Shown here: positions 36,616 through 37,779 of the stretch, piece after piece
How the letters are laid out: every line of letters begins with the position of its first letter
Numbering within the stretch: position 1 is the first letter of the stretch
From: Thermoplasmatales archaeon SW_10_69_26
Lineage (GTDB): Archaea > Thermoplasmatota > SW-10-69-26
Direction of reading: 5' to 3'
Length of the DNA stretch: 37,779 nucleotides
Assembly (NCBI GenBank): GCA_003009755.1
Contig: PXUB01000016.1
Location: forward strand, 1-37,779
The notes under the pieces: model-generated
What the model was told of the DNA's origin: nothing
Databases searched by the model: none
What the model saw: only the letters and a program-made list of their open reading frames with translations
Position numbers and translations under genes: made by a program

Positions 36616-37554
36616 CTATCCGGGCACGGAGGCCGTCAACAGCTCCGAGAGGGAGACGGCCGTGCAGCTCGCGACCGGAACCCCGCACGATCCCTGGCCG
36701 GCCTCGTTCGACGCGTCACCCGTCCCGCTCGCTGCGAGGCAGCCAGCGCCCGGGTCGCCGCAGGAACTCTCGCCGGCCTCGTTCGAGGCGTTCCCCGTGC
36801 CACTAAGGGCCACGCACCCGACACCGAGGTCTCCGCAGGCTTCGTCGCCGGCCTCGTTCGAGGCGTTCCCCGTGCCACTAAGGGCCACGCACCCGGCGAC
36901 GAGGGCTCCGCAGGACGGCGACAGGGACCCCTCGGCGCCGTTCGAGGCGTTCCCCGTGCCACTGAGGGCGAGGCACCCGGCACCCGTGGAGCCGCAGGAT
37001 GCTCCCGTGGATCCACCGGCTCGGTTCGAGGCGTTCCCCGTCCCGCTCGCGGCCACGCAGCCGACACCGGTTCGGCCGCACGACTCGTCGGCGCCCTCGT
37101 TCCGCGCGTGCCCGTCGAGGCTGACGGCCACGCAACCGACACCGAGGCTCCCGCAGGTCACCTGGCCCTCCGAGGCGTCGTTGCTCGCGTTGCAGGTCCC
37201 GCTGACGGCGACGCAGCCAACTCCGACACGCCCACAGCCGACGGAGCCCGCCTCGTTGTCGGCGTCGCCGGTCCCGCTGACGGCCACGCAACCGACCCCC
37301 ACGAAGCCACAACCGCGATCGCCGGCCTCGTTCGAGGCGTTGCCAGTACCGCTCGCGGTCACGCACGCGCTGGGACCAGTGCAGTCCGTGCCTTGAGCGT
37401 CGCCCCGCACGCTGAGACTGGCCACGGTTCCGCACGTGTCGTCCTTGAGGCTCGCCTCCACCGGCTGGCAACCGTCGGCGAGGGCGACGGGAGCGACTCC
37501 CGGGAAGGCGGCGGCGACGAGCAGCACGGTACAGCACACGACGGGTGATTCCAT
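36616..37554 (-). CDS. Secreted Cys/Gly-rich tandem-repeat protein (312 aa, 9 repeats of 25-28 aa)
   Basis: Signal peptide MESPVVCCTVLLVAAAFPGVAPVALA from ATG 37554. Repeat consensus C-(V/L)-A-x-SGTGNASNEAG-x(3-6)-CG-x5. DNA repeats are visible at about 36690-37360. Confidence 0.85.
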   Translation of the reverse strand: MESPVVCCTVLLVAAAFPGVAPVALADGCQPVEASLKDDTCGTVASLSVRGDAQGTDCTGPSACVTASGTGNASNEAGDRGCGFVGVGCVAVSGTGDADNEAGSVGCGRVGVGCVAVSGTCNASNDASEGQVTCGSLGVGCVAVSLDGHARNEGADESCGRTGVGCVAASGTGNASNRAGGSTGASCGSTGAGCLALSGTGNASNGAEGSLSPSCGALVAGCVALSGTGNASNEAGDEACGDLGVGCVALSGTGNASNEAGESSCGDPGAGCLAASGTGDASNEAGQGSCGVPVASCTAVSLSELLTASVPG

Positions 37555-37779
37555 CCGAAACTTCCAGCGATCGAAGGAATCGCGGACGTAAGAACCTGTT
37601 CCCGCCGGGTCGCCGTCCCGTGAGCAATCCACCGAGGTCGTTGACGAACCCAACGGCCCGGAGGAGAACCTCACCACACCCCCGGACCAGCCGACGCGCA
37701 GCTGGCGTCGACACACAAGGCGCGGGGGCCAAGAAGGGTGAAGAACGGGCCCTCGTTGGCAGGAATGGTAGATTCACGT

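Overview
High-GC archaeal chromosome segment with strongly acidic proteins. Archaeal markers are TFE, aTrm56, CTP-dependent riboflavin kinase, DTD2-type deacylase, a DRG GTPase and a PAC2 chaperone. A halophilic Thermoplasmatota-like lineage is an inference. About 33 real genes cover histidine catabolism (formiminotransferase, hutI), a ribK-trm56-tfe-HD cluster, two GT2 enzymes, two acyl-CoA dehydrogenases with ETF, sucCD, a CBS+HPF-like hibernation factor, MMPL and ABC transporters, an S8 protease and several secreted unknowns. There is one tRNA-Leu(TAG). Most long ORFs in the supplied track are high-GC shadow frames. The most unusual signals are mostly non-coding: (1) a tRNA-3'-end-derived repeat array whose spacers fold into covarying cloverleaves, with the same copy/inverted copy/hairpin/copy layout at the 3' end of sucD; (2) three related TIR elements (101, 159, 672 bp) whose TAG termini supply stop codons for three neighbouring genes; (3) a ~300-nt structured RNA candidate; (4) a REPIN-like hairpin; and (5) a secreted protein with nine variable C-x6-C loops on a conserved spacer, facing a Cys-rich subtilase. 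All calls come from reading motifs by eye; no searches were run.
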